Positions 41,011 to 50,313 of a DNA stretch of 64,000 nt are shown here, piece after piece; within the stretch, counting starts at the first letter, position 1; every line of letters begins with the position of its first letter. The position numbers and the translations under genes were made by a program. A model generated the notes under the pieces. That model made no database searches. It had not been told where the DNA came from and saw only the letters and a program-made list of their open reading frames with translations. Origin of the DNA: a virus; IMG/VR virus record IMGVR_UViG_3300030419_004440, positions 1 to 64,000 of that record. One strand, given 5' to 3'.

Positions 41011-41033
41011 ACCGACAATTTAGCGATCAAAGG

Positions 41034-41064
41034 AGGGGGTGGCGTAGAGCCGCCCCCTTTTTTT
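41034..41064 (+). terminator. Rho-independent terminator
   Basis: AGGGGGTGGC-GTAGA-GCCGCCCCCT followed by T6. Confidence 0.85.
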
Positions 41065-41082
41065 ATAGAAGGAAAGAGAAAA

Positions 41083-41853
41083 ATGGACATACTTCATTAT
41101 ATTGAAGTGCACAGCGTAGACCACTGCACCCTATCTTGCAACTATTGTTCTCATGATGCAGAAAACGCGGATGTCAAATCATATTCACCAGAAGACTATG
41201 ACAGATGGTTAGATAAATTCTCTGAGAAAGAGATTTTGTTTGACAATATATCTATTGCCGGTGGAGAACCATTAATAAATAAAAAGCTACCTGACCTGAT
41301 CTCAATGTGTAAAAAATACACCAATGATATAGTCAGCACCATGACGAATGGCTGGTGGCTTAGTAGCAACGAGTCTGTGAAAAAACAAGCAGATAGATTG
41401 ACTGAGCTAGACGCTCTGAGTGTCACCGTTTATAGGCCTTATGTTGAGAAGTTTGGAGGGCTAGACGCAGTTCAGGACAGGCTAGAATACTTGCAAGAAT
41501 TACTTCCCGAACTAAACATAATAAGATGGGGGCAAAGGATAGTCAGGGATTTTGGTAAAATAGAATTTACAGATGAAAAAAGGGATACTGTTCCGGACTT
41601 TTACTGTGCCTTTATGGGTTGCAAACAACTGCTTCATACAGGTCTATTACTGGGGTGTTGTGCTTCTAGGCGTGTTATTTCCATGCCAGCCGTAGACAAG
41701 TTTAGCATACAAAACGACTTTGACAGAGACGAATTCATTTCGTGGTACTATAAGTACCCCCTCAACCTATGCAACTATTGCTCCATAGCCACAGAGGGGG
41801 CTACATATGTACCGTGGACTCAAAAGACAAAGGATGACACCGTGTCGTTCTAA
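41083..41853 (+). CDS. Radical SAM protein with a C-terminal Cys-rich (SPASM/twitch-like) region
   Basis: CTLSCNYC (CxxxCxxC), IAGGEP, TNG; C-terminal CAFMGC...GCC...CNYC. Confidence 0.88.
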   Translation: MDILHYIEVHSVDHCTLSCNYCSHDAENADVKSYSPEDYDRWLDKFSEKEILFDNISIAGGEPLINKKLPDLISMCKKYTNDIVSTMTNGWWLSSNESVKKQADRLTELDALSVTVYRPYVEKFGGLDAVQDRLEYLQELLPELNIIRWGQRIVRDFGKIEFTDEKRDTVPDFYCAFMGCKQLLHTGLLLGCCASRRVISMPAVDKFSIQNDFDRDEFISWYYKYPLNLCNYCSIATEGATYVPWTQKTKDDTVSF

Positions 41854-41884
41854 TTCCCTTCGACCTACAATATAAGGGGTAGGT

Positions 41885-42751
41885 ATGAACATACAAGAAG
41901 AGATAGATTTACTAAGCGAAAAGGCTAGACAGCAAAATAAAAACAAAACACTGGTAATTCCTGATGGAACTTATCGGCTAAGTAAACCTCTAGTAATAAC
42001 CGGAGGCGTGAGTGTTGTCAGCGAGGGAAAAGGCAGACGTTCAGTCAGGCTTATCTTTATTGGGATGAAAGATGGAGATACTCTAGTCACCGTTAAGGGA
42101 AACAATGGGGGCATAATTGACGGGCTCAATATAAAATGCTTTGATGACGTAGATAACATAACCGGTCTACTTAGCGAAAACTGCTCATCAGCAACATTCT
42201 CCAATCTAGACATAGAACTACAATGTGGTTATGACTGTCTTGGAATTAAACACTTACGCAATGGCAAGCTAGGAGAGTCCTGCATCTACGAAAAGTTTGA
42301 CATAAGGTCAGACGGAGGTTGTGTAGAAATACAAGGGGGCGACAATAATGTATTTAGAGATTTTGATTGTCGTGCAGGGACTAAAGTAAAGAATAGCATA
42401 TCAGCTATATTTAGATTTGCGGAAAACTCTGTTCCGCACCATGTCAGGATTGGCCCCGGATCAGGACAAAAAGGCAAACACGCATACTACTGCAACTCTG
42501 TGTCAGACTCTGTTTCTGGCGGCGGTATTTTGTTTGACTCTTATAGGTGGGAACAACCATCAACCAAGGAAACCACAGCCTTTGTGCACACTCCAAAAAG
42601 AAAAGGCGGCAAACTTGGACACGTTACAGAAAGACTCACGTTCATTGCGTGTCGATCTTCTAGGGTAAAGACAGCTATCAAAGTGACAAACACTCTTCAG
42701 GCGAGGTTTATTGGTAGTTTTTTAGACGGTAAAAAAGATATAGAAAGGTGA
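41885..42751 (+). CDS. Pectate-lyase-like right-handed beta-helix protein
   Basis: N-terminal IQEEID...TLVIPDGTYRLSKPLVI...GVSVVSEG matches the pectate_lyase_3-like signature, followed by beta-helix rungs. Confidence 0.65.
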   Translation: MNIQEEIDLLSEKARQQNKNKTLVIPDGTYRLSKPLVITGGVSVVSEGKGRRSVRLIFIGMKDGDTLVTVKGNNGGIIDGLNIKCFDDVDNITGLLSENCSSATFSNLDIELQCGYDCLGIKHLRNGKLGESCIYEKFDIRSDGGCVEIQGGDNNVFRDFDCRAGTKVKNSISAIFRFAENSVPHHVRIGPGSGQKGKHAYYCNSVSDSVSGGGILFDSYRWEQPSTKETTAFVHTPKRKGGKLGHVTERLTFIACRSSRVKTAIKVTNTLQARFIGSFLDGKKDIER

Positions 42752-42755
42752 TAAA

Positions 42756-43043
42756 ATGAATCCATTCCCAACCCCCTCTGGATCACCAGAACCCTCTGGT
42801 CAGCTTCAGTTCCCGTATAATGTATTAGCATTATTAAGAGAGGAGAGAGATAAGCTTATTAAAGATAGGAACACCCAAAAGGGAAGAATTAAAATTTGTG
42901 AGAAGGAAGAGGCTAGATGGAAACAAAACCGGATGGCTTATAGGAACAATTTAAAGAATATCAACATCAATATCATAGAGGCAAACAGCAAGATAAAAGA
43001 AGAACTAGACAGAATGGACGATCTAGCAGAGGAAGATATATAA
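42756..43043 (+). CDS. Small coiled-coil hypothetical protein
   Basis: AGGTGA RBS; heptad-rich; ends at the convergent terminator. Confidence 0.65.
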   Translation: MNPFPTPSGSPEPSGQLQFPYNVLALLREERDKLIKDRNTQKGRIKICEKEEARWKQNRMAYRNNLKNININIIEANSKIKEELDRMDDLAEEDI

Positions 43044-43044
43044 T

Positions 43045-43083
43045 AAAAAAAGGGGGCAGCTTTCACTACCCCCTCTTCTTTTA
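43045..43083 (-). terminator. Rho-independent (probably bidirectional) terminator at the convergence of the two arms
   Basis: The minus strand reads AGGGGGTAG-TGAAAG-CTGCCCCCT-TTTTTT; the plus strand is followed by CTTCTTTT. Confidence 0.85.
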
Positions 43084-43103
43084 GGTTAGTCGGATGACTA
43101 AAC

Positions 43104-43439
43104 CTATTCATTCTTCTCTGTCTTGGGGTTCCATTTAACCCAACCGCGATCAGGCAGCCAGTTTCCTTCGCTGTCTTTACGTTTCGGGAAAAGGCCTCCG
43201 CCCTTTTTCATAGATCCGAATGATAACCTTGCCCCACAATCTGCACATCGCAGTTCGTAGTATAGGTTGTCGTCCACGTTTCTAACAACGAATTTAATGT
43301 TATCAGAACCGCACTTTCCACAGACATCCTCCTCGAAAACCTCTTGGAATTTGGCTATCTCGCCAAATATGTCTCTCTGTGAATCTCCTTCAAGCTCAAC
43401 TTTGAGCTTCCCATTTTTTGTTTGATAAGTAACTTTCAT
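43104..43439 (-). CDS. Zn-ribbon protein
   Basis: CGKCG...CADCG; start reassigned to 43439 (TAATG overlap, GGAG RBS). Confidence 0.7.
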   Translation of the reverse strand: MKVTYQTKNGKLKVELEGDSQRDIFGEIAKFQEVFEEDVCGKCGSDNIKFVVRNVDDNLYYELRCADCGARLSFGSMKKGGGLFPKRKDSEGNWLPDRGWVKWNPKTEKNE

Positions 43440-44212
43440 TAACTTCTCCAATCTGCTACATAAGCGGTGATAGAATCAGGGATTAACTTTTTGTCCTGTT
43501 GATAGTCGTTAAGCTTTTTAATAGCATCGCTAGCTTGACGTTTATCAATCTTTCTTTTTACATTTAAATCAAATACCTCATTGAAAAATTCTGCTACATT
43601 TAAATTTAACTGGTTACATTTAGCGTCAATGAAGTTAGCTTGTGCATCACTCATCCTATAAGAATCGTCATACTCACCCTCTGTCTCCACTCGCTGCGTT
43701 TGACTGATACTTTTAACAATACTAGCCGTGTCTTTCTTTGTCATCTCTTCAGCGGCCACGGTTCGCAACCTAAGAGCCTTTCTTAAAGCCCTGCCCTCTG
43801 CACGGGTAGCTGCGGTAGCGGTGTTAAACACGCAGAACATGTCGTCTGTGTTGCCCTCCCAGCTATCTGCTACGTCAGAGAATACAGAGCCATCTGAGAA
43901 TACGACCTCCCAGATAACAGTAGCTCTTCCAACTTCACCGCCAGTGGTTGGCGGAAACACCTGCGTTGGCTTACTGGAAACAATCTGTCCTAAAACTAAC
44001 TCAGATACTCTTCTCAGCCCTGCACATGTTGGCCTGCCGTCAAAAAGCTCGTTGTCAGCAAAGAGTCCTAAGATATAATCATTCCACTCTGGAGATGTTA
44101 TACTAGGTGCTGATTCGTCCATAATTATATCCTTTACTTTGGTGTCCGTGTTTGACGGTGTTTGTAATTCAATGTCTGCAAACAAATCATCTTTTTCTTC
44201 CAATTCAATCAT
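43439..44212 (-). CDS. Rad52/Erf-like single-strand annealing protein (putative recombinase)
   Basis: AGLRRVSEL...ATVIWEV...TAATRAEGRALRKALRL; C-terminal SDAQANFI...KRQASDAIKKL helical module common in phage annealing proteins. Confidence 0.6.
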   Translation of the reverse strand: MIELEEKDDLFADIELQTPSNTDTKVKDIIMDESAPSITSPEWNDYILGLFADNELFDGRPTCAGLRRVSELVLGQIVSSKPTQVFPPTTGGEVGRATVIWEVVFSDGSVFSDVADSWEGNTDDMFCVFNTATAATRAEGRALRKALRLRTVAAEEMTKKDTASIVKSISQTQRVETEGEYDDSYRMSDAQANFIDAKCNQLNLNVAEFFNEVFDLNVKRKIDKRQASDAIKKLNDYQQDKKLIPDSITAYVADWRS

Positions 44213-44976
44213 TATTCAACCTCTATAAAACGTTTTGATCTTGGTGGGAACTTCTTTTTAATGCTTTCTAAATGATCAATAACACGAATCACTAGGCTCT
44301 CTTTTTTTGCAAGAGATTCCTGTCCCAGTGATTTGATCCTAATAACAACGTAGCCCTTACTAAGCAAAGCACCGCTTTTCCTCAAGTCAGCGTTTATTTG
44401 CTTTTGCAACTTATCTTCACCCCAAATGGGATAAAAATGAGAAGGGCCATCTACCTCTATTATAGTCTTTAGTTCTGGAATGTACAAATCTATTTCCAAA
44501 TTTTCTGCCGGAATTATAATTTGATGAGCGTTACAGAAAAACCCAGCCTTCTCTAGCCTGCTTTGAAAAAACTGTTCAAGCTTAGACCCTTGAGTAGCAG
44601 CTAATTGAATCGCCGCTATACCTTTTGAACGCATTGTTTCCTTTTGCTCGTTGGTCATATTTTTCCAATTTTTCTTAGCAATTCTAGATCTACGCTTTCT
44701 TTCCTTGTCGGTCATGTCATTCCAGTAATCAACGAGACTACTGCTAATTTTTATTCTCTCCTTGCTGGATCTTTTTCTACCCTTTGTCGGATGAGAGCTT
44801 CGCCCCTCAGCAAGTGCGGTTTTTTGTGCCTCACTCTTATCCTTTAATTGGTAGCCATTTTTAATCAATGTACGACGTATTTTGTTTGGGTATGTGTTAA
44901 GATGCTTTGCTATTTCATACGTGCTTTTGTTCTGTACGTTGTACATCTTTATTACTTGTTTTTCAAAATCGTTCAT
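44212..44976 (-). CDS. Free-standing Vsr/DUF559-like endonuclease with an N-terminal HTH and NUMOD3-like basic repeats (putative homing endonuclease)
   Basis: GSKLE...EIDLYIPELKTIIEVDGPSH...DLRK..LLSKGYVVIRI; STYEIAKHLNTYPNKIRRTL (HTH); KGRKRSSKERIKIS (NUMOD3-like). Confidence 0.75.
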   Translation of the reverse strand: MNDFEKQVIKMYNVQNKSTYEIAKHLNTYPNKIRRTLIKNGYQLKDKSEAQKTALAEGRSSHPTKGRKRSSKERIKISSSLVDYWNDMTDKERKRRSRIAKKNWKNMTNEQKETMRSKGIAAIQLAATQGSKLEQFFQSRLEKAGFFCNAHQIIIPAENLEIDLYIPELKTIIEVDGPSHFYPIWGEDKLQKQINADLRKSGALLSKGYVVIRIKSLGQESLAKKESLVIRVIDHLESIKKKFPPRSKRFIEVE

Positions 44977-44977
44977 G

Positions 44978-45424
44978 TTACACCTTTAAAATTTCCCTTG
45001 CACTAAATTCTTTAAGAACAGGTATTCTTTGTTTTGTTAGTCTGTAAAATTCTTTTTCGTCTTCTTCGCTTTTAGCTATAACCGGCATTTTGCTGGGCAG
45101 ACTTATAATTTCCATAAGTTGTCCTATGTTGCCCTTTTGAAGGTCGCCTTTTGTATATAAGTAAATCAGTTTGATTTTGTTGACCACCTTATTGGCTAAA
45201 GGTACTGAGGGTAGCGTAGCCACGACTAACGTTCCGTTGAACGACCATAACTCTGTTGAATTGAAAGTTCCAAACTTTTTTTCAGTCGCATTAAAGTCAA
45301 CCTCGTTGTAAAACAGGCTTGCGTCATCCACGACCCCCTCTTCTATCCCGTCGTTAAGAAGTTTATATATTTCCCTATTAAGAGGTGTGTCCGTAGTAGC
45401 GTGGACATAAAATCCTAGGTTCAT
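44978..45424 (-). CDS. Hypothetical protein, possible isolated GT-B half-domain
   Basis: MNLGFYV N-terminal strand typical of GT-B N-domains; ATGA-coupled to fcl. Confidence 0.45.
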   Translation of the reverse strand: MNLGFYVHATTDTPLNREIYKLLNDGIEEGVVDDASLFYNEVDFNATEKKFGTFNSTELWSFNGTLVVATLPSVPLANKVVNKIKLIYLYTKGDLQKGNIGQLMEIISLPSKMPVIAKSEEDEKEFYRLTKQRIPVLKEFSAREILKV

Positions 45425-46341
45425 TTCTGTTCTCCTAAAAACCATTCTATGGTTTGCTTTAAACCTGTTTGTAAATCAGTTTTAGACTCGAAACCTAGCC
45501 TTGCTTTTGCTCTAGTGGTATCAAGACATCTGCGAGGCTGACCGTCCGGCTTAGATGTGTCATAGACGATATCCCCTTCAAAGCCCATTTGTTCTGAAAT
45601 TTCAGTAACGAGATCTTTAATCTTTATTTCCGAGCCGGTACCAATGTTTATTGGGTACGGCTCAACATCTTGTTCGATAGCCAACTCAATGGCTTCAGCA
45701 CAGTCTGGAGCGTATAGAAATTCTCTAGATGCTTCCCCGGTTCCCCATATAGTAACCTGACGCTCCCCCTTTTTCATCGCATTATAAAACTTTAAAATAA
45801 GTGCAGGTATAACATGACTGCTAGTCAAATTAAAATGATCATGAGGGCCATACATGTTGACCGGTATCAAATTAACACAGTTCATGCCGTACTGTTCATG
45901 ATATGTTTCCAAGAGCTTCATTAAAGCCTTCTTTGCAATGCCATAGGGGGCGTTTGTTTCCTCCGGATAACCATTCCAAATTTGTTCTTCTTTAAACGGG
46001 ATCGGCGTAAACTTTGGGTATGCACAAACCGTCCCTAGAAGAATAAACTTTTCAATGTTATGCATTCTAGATGTCTCAATCATGTTTGCACCCATAATCA
46101 AGTTCTCATACATAAACTTTCCGGGATTTTCCTGATTAGCACCAATGCCCCCAACGCTACCAGCTGCGTGAATTACAACATCTGGCTTGGACTGGGATAC
46201 AAGCGTATCGCATAGGTTTTGATTTCTCAGATCCCAGTTGCTTGACCCAATAGAAACAACACTATAATCTTTGTCTACTAGATGTTTTGTTAGGCTCTTT
46301 CCTAAAAATCCCGTACCGCCAGTTACTAATACTTTTTTCAT
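45421..46341 (-). CDS. fcl: GDP-L-fucose synthase
   Basis: VLVTGGTGFLG, AGSVGGIGAN, GTVCAYPK, ETNAPYGIAKK, SSHVIPALI, WGTGEASREFLY, KPDGQPRR. Confidence 0.93.
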   Translation of the reverse strand: MKKVLVTGGTGFLGKSLTKHLVDKDYSVVSIGSSNWDLRNQNLCDTLVSQSKPDVVIHAAGSVGGIGANQENPGKFMYENLIMGANMIETSRMHNIEKFILLGTVCAYPKFTPIPFKEEQIWNGYPEETNAPYGIAKKALMKLLETYHEQYGMNCVNLIPVNMYGPHDHFNLTSSHVIPALILKFYNAMKKGERQVTIWGTGEASREFLYAPDCAEAIELAIEQDVEPYPINIGTGSEIKIKDLVTEISEQMGFEGDIVYDTSKPDGQPRRCLDTTRAKARLGFESKTDLQTGLKQTIEWFLGEQK

Positions 46342-46343
46342 TC

Positions 46344-46862
46344 TTACCAAGTCCTTGTACTCGGGGTTTCTGGTTCTTCGTTATCGTCTTGGTCATCTTT
46401 GGGCTCTGAACCCTCAATAGAAAAAGGCATTCCGGGGCTATCAGGAGGTAGTGTCGTTTGACTCTCGTCAACCCATGGCTCCTGATCAATTTCGTCATCC
46501 AAAACTGGAACGTCGTCCACTACCGGCTCTGGATATACACTTTCAAGGTAGTTATCTGGCAACGACGTATAAACACAGATTGCCTTGTTCTTAATCACCT
46601 CTTTATGCTTATGGGCTTGATTCATTGCTTCTCCAGCGTCTGGATTAGATGAAACCAGCACCATAGTTTCCGTATTCTCTGCGATCTCACAAGAAATCCC
46701 TGTGTCGTTTACGATATAAACATCGGCGTCATTCCAGTCTTTAACGATGGTCACACCGCGAAATGATGACTCTAGAGGCTTACCTTCTACAAATGCTTTC
46801 ACCGGTCCGACCACAGTAACGTGATCTTCCAAAAAATCCTTTAAAGTTTCTGGGTTTCTCAT
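46344..46862 (-). CDS. Hypothetical protein with an acidic disordered C-terminus
   Basis: Fills the operon gap with near-zero intergenic spacing; AAGGAG RBS. Confidence 0.65.
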   Translation of the reverse strand: MRNPETLKDFLEDHVTVVGPVKAFVEGKPLESSFRGVTIVKDWNDADVYIVNDTGISCEIAENTETMVLVSSNPDAGEAMNQAHKHKEVIKNKAICVYTSLPDNYLESVYPEPVVDDVPVLDDEIDQEPWVDESQTTLPPDSPGMPFSIEGSEPKDDQDDNEEPETPSTRTW

Positions 46863-47726
46863 TTAGTTCTCCTTCATTGATTTGATTAAGGTCTCGATTC
46901 TTTTTTTGTACGTGTGTTCTTGGGCTAAGACATAACCGTTATTACTTATACTAGTACGGAAGTCTCCATTCTCCAATGCAAATCTTGCTTTTTCTACCAT
47001 TTCATCCATATTTCTATAGGTTAGGCAGTTCTTGCCATCCACCATTCCAAGTTCCTCGTAATGCTGATTATAACTGGTTAAAAGACATGTTTTACAACCC
47101 ATAGTTTCGAAATTTCTATAGTTTATATCAATAGATATATTTGCATTGAAATGTATCTTGTAGCTATTGATTGCCTCAACCATTTCTTCTCCGATAACAA
47201 ACTCGTCGAGTTTAAAATTGCTAAAATTATCTTTCAGTATTTGAATTATACCTCCCCTATTGACTATGTTGCCGCAAAAACCTATTGGCCATCTCTCATC
47301 TCTTTTGGCGTCGGCTTTTGGTGGAATGTGATAGATTACAGAATCATCGTAGCAGTTCGGGAACCATACAGAGTTTTCAACCACAAACTCAGGAGTGGCT
47401 TGAAGTATAAGGTCATAGTTTCCTTCATTTGCTGTTTTCAGATACGACTGTATACCTTTAACGTGTGCGTCTATTGACCACAAAAACTTCTTTGCCTGCA
47501 CTTTGGCTAGATTTGGAACCCATCCGGTTTCGTCGTAGTTCTCAAGATTTATGATTAGGTCGTATGACTCGTAGTCGGGTTCGCCCTCGGTGTAAGAAAT
47601 GTGTCCCAAACCCCAGATATCCGCCTCGTGTCCGTGGTGTATGAACGCACGTTGAGCACAAAAACATTCTCTAAAATTCCGATTTCCTTCGTGTCTTCCG
47701 TTTTCTTGTATTATTAAAGTTTTCAT
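46863..47726 (-). CDS. CgeB-like glycosyltransferase (Glyco_trans_1_2)
   Basis: IGFCGN...MVEAINSYKIHFN...INYRNFETMGCKTCLLT...HTYKKRIETL. Confidence 0.85.
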   Translation of the reverse strand: MKTLIIQENGRHEGNRNFRECFCAQRAFIHHGHEADIWGLGHISYTEGEPDYESYDLIINLENYDETGWVPNLAKVQAKKFLWSIDAHVKGIQSYLKTANEGNYDLILQATPEFVVENSVWFPNCYDDSVIYHIPPKADAKRDERWPIGFCGNIVNRGGIIQILKDNFSNFKLDEFVIGEEMVEAINSYKIHFNANISIDINYRNFETMGCKTCLLTSYNQHYEELGMVDGKNCLTYRNMDEMVEKARFALENGDFRTSISNNGYVLAQEHTYKKRIETLIKSMKEN

Positions 47727-48277
47727 ATAAACTTACTTATCCTTTCTTCCCATCCTTGAGTTGTGTTCCAGCCGTGAATCCACTGTCTTGGATGGTCTGG
47801 AGGTAAATTTGTTTCGTCGTCATAAGTGGCCTCGAATAGTTTTCGTTTAGATTCAGTTAGTTTATCTATCTTGTCGTGTTTAATTGGGTCAAATACATAA
47901 AGCTTGTTTATCTTTCCGCACTCTCTACATGCCGCCACTACATTGTTGTGGACTTGAATATGGTGGGGGTGACCGTATTCACCGGTTGGCCCGTGCGTGA
48001 GTATCTCGTCCCAGTCTCTGCTTTCTATTATACTTTTAATGGGGGAGAATATATCTCCGATTATGGGGGAATGGAACCCTCTGTCCTCAAACTCCATAAG
48101 CTCTACTTTTACATCTAAGTAAGAGCTAACTTTCTCTAAAAGCATAGGTATCCTGAACTTGCTTTGGGCGTCAGGTGTAACCATACACATTATAGTCCAT
48201 TCGCCCTTTTCTTTTAGTAGCTTTTCGCCAGCGAATATTACTTCGTCGTCGGCGTGTGCGGTAATCATTAACTTCAT
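47723..48277 (-). CDS. PIG-L/LmbE-family sugar de-N-acetylase
   Basis: AHADDE and THGPTGEYGHPHH metal-binding motifs. Confidence 0.85.
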   Translation of the reverse strand: MKLMITAHADDEVIFAGEKLLKEKGEWTIMCMVTPDAQSKFRIPMLLEKVSSYLDVKVELMEFEDRGFHSPIIGDIFSPIKSIIESRDWDEILTHGPTGEYGHPHHIQVHNNVVAACRECGKINKLYVFDPIKHDKIDKLTESKRKLFEATYDDETNLPPDHPRQWIHGWNTTQGWEERISKFI

Positions 48278-48828
48278 TATTTTTTCCTCAAGAATCTAAT
48301 GTCCCAAACGGTGCCGTGAGTAGGGCACTCAATGGTCTCTATTTTTTTATAACCCATAAAATCAACAAGTTCAAAGTGTGGATATATGCTTTCTTCAAAA
48401 TTAATAATGTATTCTGGATCGTCCTCTATTCTGTCTCCGTGTAGTACCCATATGCCTTCCCTTTTCAATAAAGATAGGATATTATTGACATATACCTTTT
48501 GATCGTCTTGTGAGAATTTTGTTCCATTCCAGCAGAAAACCCCAATGTCAAAAATTAAGTCGAATGAGCCCTCTTGTTTGGGGTATTTAAGCATCACATC
48601 CTGTATACCGCAATGTAAAAACCCATCGTTTGCTCCATAGTTTTTAGTAGGATCTAGCTGCCAGTATTCCACATTCCCGTTGTTTATAAGTTCTTTACAA
48701 ACCGAGTTGTATCTTTCGACCCCTATGTCTAAAACTCTACCAAAGTCTAGGTACCTACCAACATCTTTATAGACTTCCTTAAGAAAAATCCTGTCTGTTA
48801 TTTTTTCCCACCATTGTCTAGATTCCAT
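48277..48828 (-). CDS. Class I SAM-dependent methyltransferase
   Basis: RVLDIGV, SFDLIFDIGVF, LLKREGIWVL. Confidence 0.75.
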   Translation of the reverse strand: MESRQWWEKITDRIFLKEVYKDVGRYLDFGRVLDIGVERYNSVCKELINNGNVEYWQLDPTKNYGANDGFLHCGIQDVMLKYPKQEGSFDLIFDIGVFCWNGTKFSQDDQKVYVNNILSLLKREGIWVLHGDRIEDDPEYIINFEESIYPHFELVDFMGYKKIETIECPTHGTVWDIRFLRKK

Positions 48829-49564
48829 TATACCACTCCATGTTTCCAGTTTTGTTGTACCATATAAGGGGTGCGTCTGTTAGGGCAGACTTGTTGAAGT
48901 AAAACAGTGTGTCCATACAGAAATCATAGTCATACGAAACATCCATGTCCCACTCCCAGTTTATAACATCCGTGACGCTTTTTAGTATGCACAGAGATCC
49001 TCCAGTAATCTTCATGTTAAACCCTGAGCCGTACGGCAGGGAGTTGCCTGACCTGTCATATACTTTTCTTGGTCTTTTAGCCCTTGTTCTTTCTTCCTGT
49101 GGCACCTCCAACAGGTCAGGAAAATATAAATGGAACATTTCGCTGGACTCTAACACCTCTGCTTGTTGTATTGTCTCAAACCGTTCTTCAAAAGAGTAAC
49201 CATGATTTAAATGATTGATGCCAAGGTCTTGAAACAATTGGGTTACTACCTGTACCCTTTGAGGGTGAGCTAGATCGTCTGAATCATTATAAAGTATTAG
49301 TTCATTACTGGCCACTTTAGTTCCCTCGCCTCTGTTTGGACCTTCAGGAACTACTCTGTCGTGAGTAATTATTTCTATGTTTTCAAAAGATTCCTTGTAC
49401 TTGCTCTTTAGCTGCTCTATGTCGGACGGGTCTACCAAGTGACCGTTTGCAACAGAAATTACAACCTCGTTTGGTTTAAGAGTTTGCCTTACATAGCTAG
49501 TTAACACTTTGTCCAAGTATTTAAAATGATTATTTGTGGATGGTATTACTATTGATGTTTTCAT
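48818..49564 (-). CDS. Glycosyltransferase family 2
   Basis: Start MKTSIVIP at 49564 (ATGA overlap); QTLKPNEVVI, NRGEG...ASNELILYNDSDD...HPQR. Confidence 0.85.
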   Translation of the reverse strand: MKTSIVIPSTNNHFKYLDKVLTSYVRQTLKPNEVVISVANGHLVDPSDIEQLKSKYKESFENIEIITHDRVVPEGPNRGEGTKVASNELILYNDSDDLAHPQRVQVVTQLFQDLGINHLNHGYSFEERFETIQQAEVLESSEMFHLYFPDLLEVPQEERTRAKRPRKVYDRSGNSLPYGSGFNMKITGGSLCILKSVTDVINWEWDMDVSYDYDFCMDTLFYFNKSALTDAPLIWYNKTGNMEWYNGI

Positions 49565-50313
49565 AGATAATTCACGCAATCTGGATATGGAAGATCTTTG
49601 TCTATTTTGTCTGTATACTTTAGTGTGAGTGGGTGTAAGATGTTTCCACATATGACAGCCCAAGGTATCGGATACTTTGATTTTTCACCTGTCTCTGGAA
49701 TTACGTGTCCATACGCATCTCTTGCCCATTGGCCCGGATGCTTCTTAAGCTCAGGTAGGTAGCCGTCCATTTTTTCTTTTAAGCCATTCCACCAGTCAAG
49801 CGTTAGGTCTGTGTTTGGCCTAAAAATAAATCCGCCATTTCCTATGAGCTTGTACCAGTTATCTCTTACATGAAACGATGACCATCTACCCTCTTCGTCC
49901 AGTGTAAAATCCCTACAAAAAACAGAGTCGTTTGGATCTAGACGGCAGTTTTCTATTCTTGCAACACCGTCAACTGACGCTTCAGCATATCCTATACCAA
50001 TTAAGCCTTCGTTGTCAATCATCCTCTGCAAAAAAGGACTCCAAGATACTGATGTGTCTTTCACGTCTGCATAGCCGCCTCCAAAATGGTGCATGTAGTA
50101 ACCCTTGAGGTAGTCCCCCTTTTGAATTGGTGATAGATACTCGTACCCTTCGTGCAATTCTTCTAAAGACTCAATCTCATCGTTGCGAACTAGCCTAACT
50201 GAGCAGTCACTATTCTTTTCACAAAAGCCGTCGAAGGCTCTTTTTCTGGTGTCAGACATGTCATTTTCACCAGTCCAGAACATCCAGATTGTTTTTTCCT
50301 TTAAATAGTCCAC
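49561..50313 (-). CDS. GT32/capsular-polysaccharide-synthesis-like DxD glycosyltransferase
   Basis: IWMFWTG, LSPIQKGDYLKGYYMHHFGGGYADVK. Confidence 0.8.
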   Translation of the reverse strand: MDYLKEKTIWMFWTGENDMSDTRKRAFDGFCEKNSDCSVRLVRNDEIESLEELHEGYEYLSPIQKGDYLKGYYMHHFGGGYADVKDTSVSWSPFLQRMIDNEGLIGIGYAEASVDGVARIENCRLDPNDSVFCRDFTLDEEGRWSSFHVRDNWYKLIGNGGFIFRPNTDLTLDWWNGLKEKMDGYLPELKKHPGQWARDAYGHVIPETGEKSKYPIPWAVICGNILHPLTLKYTDKIDKDLPYPDCVNYL

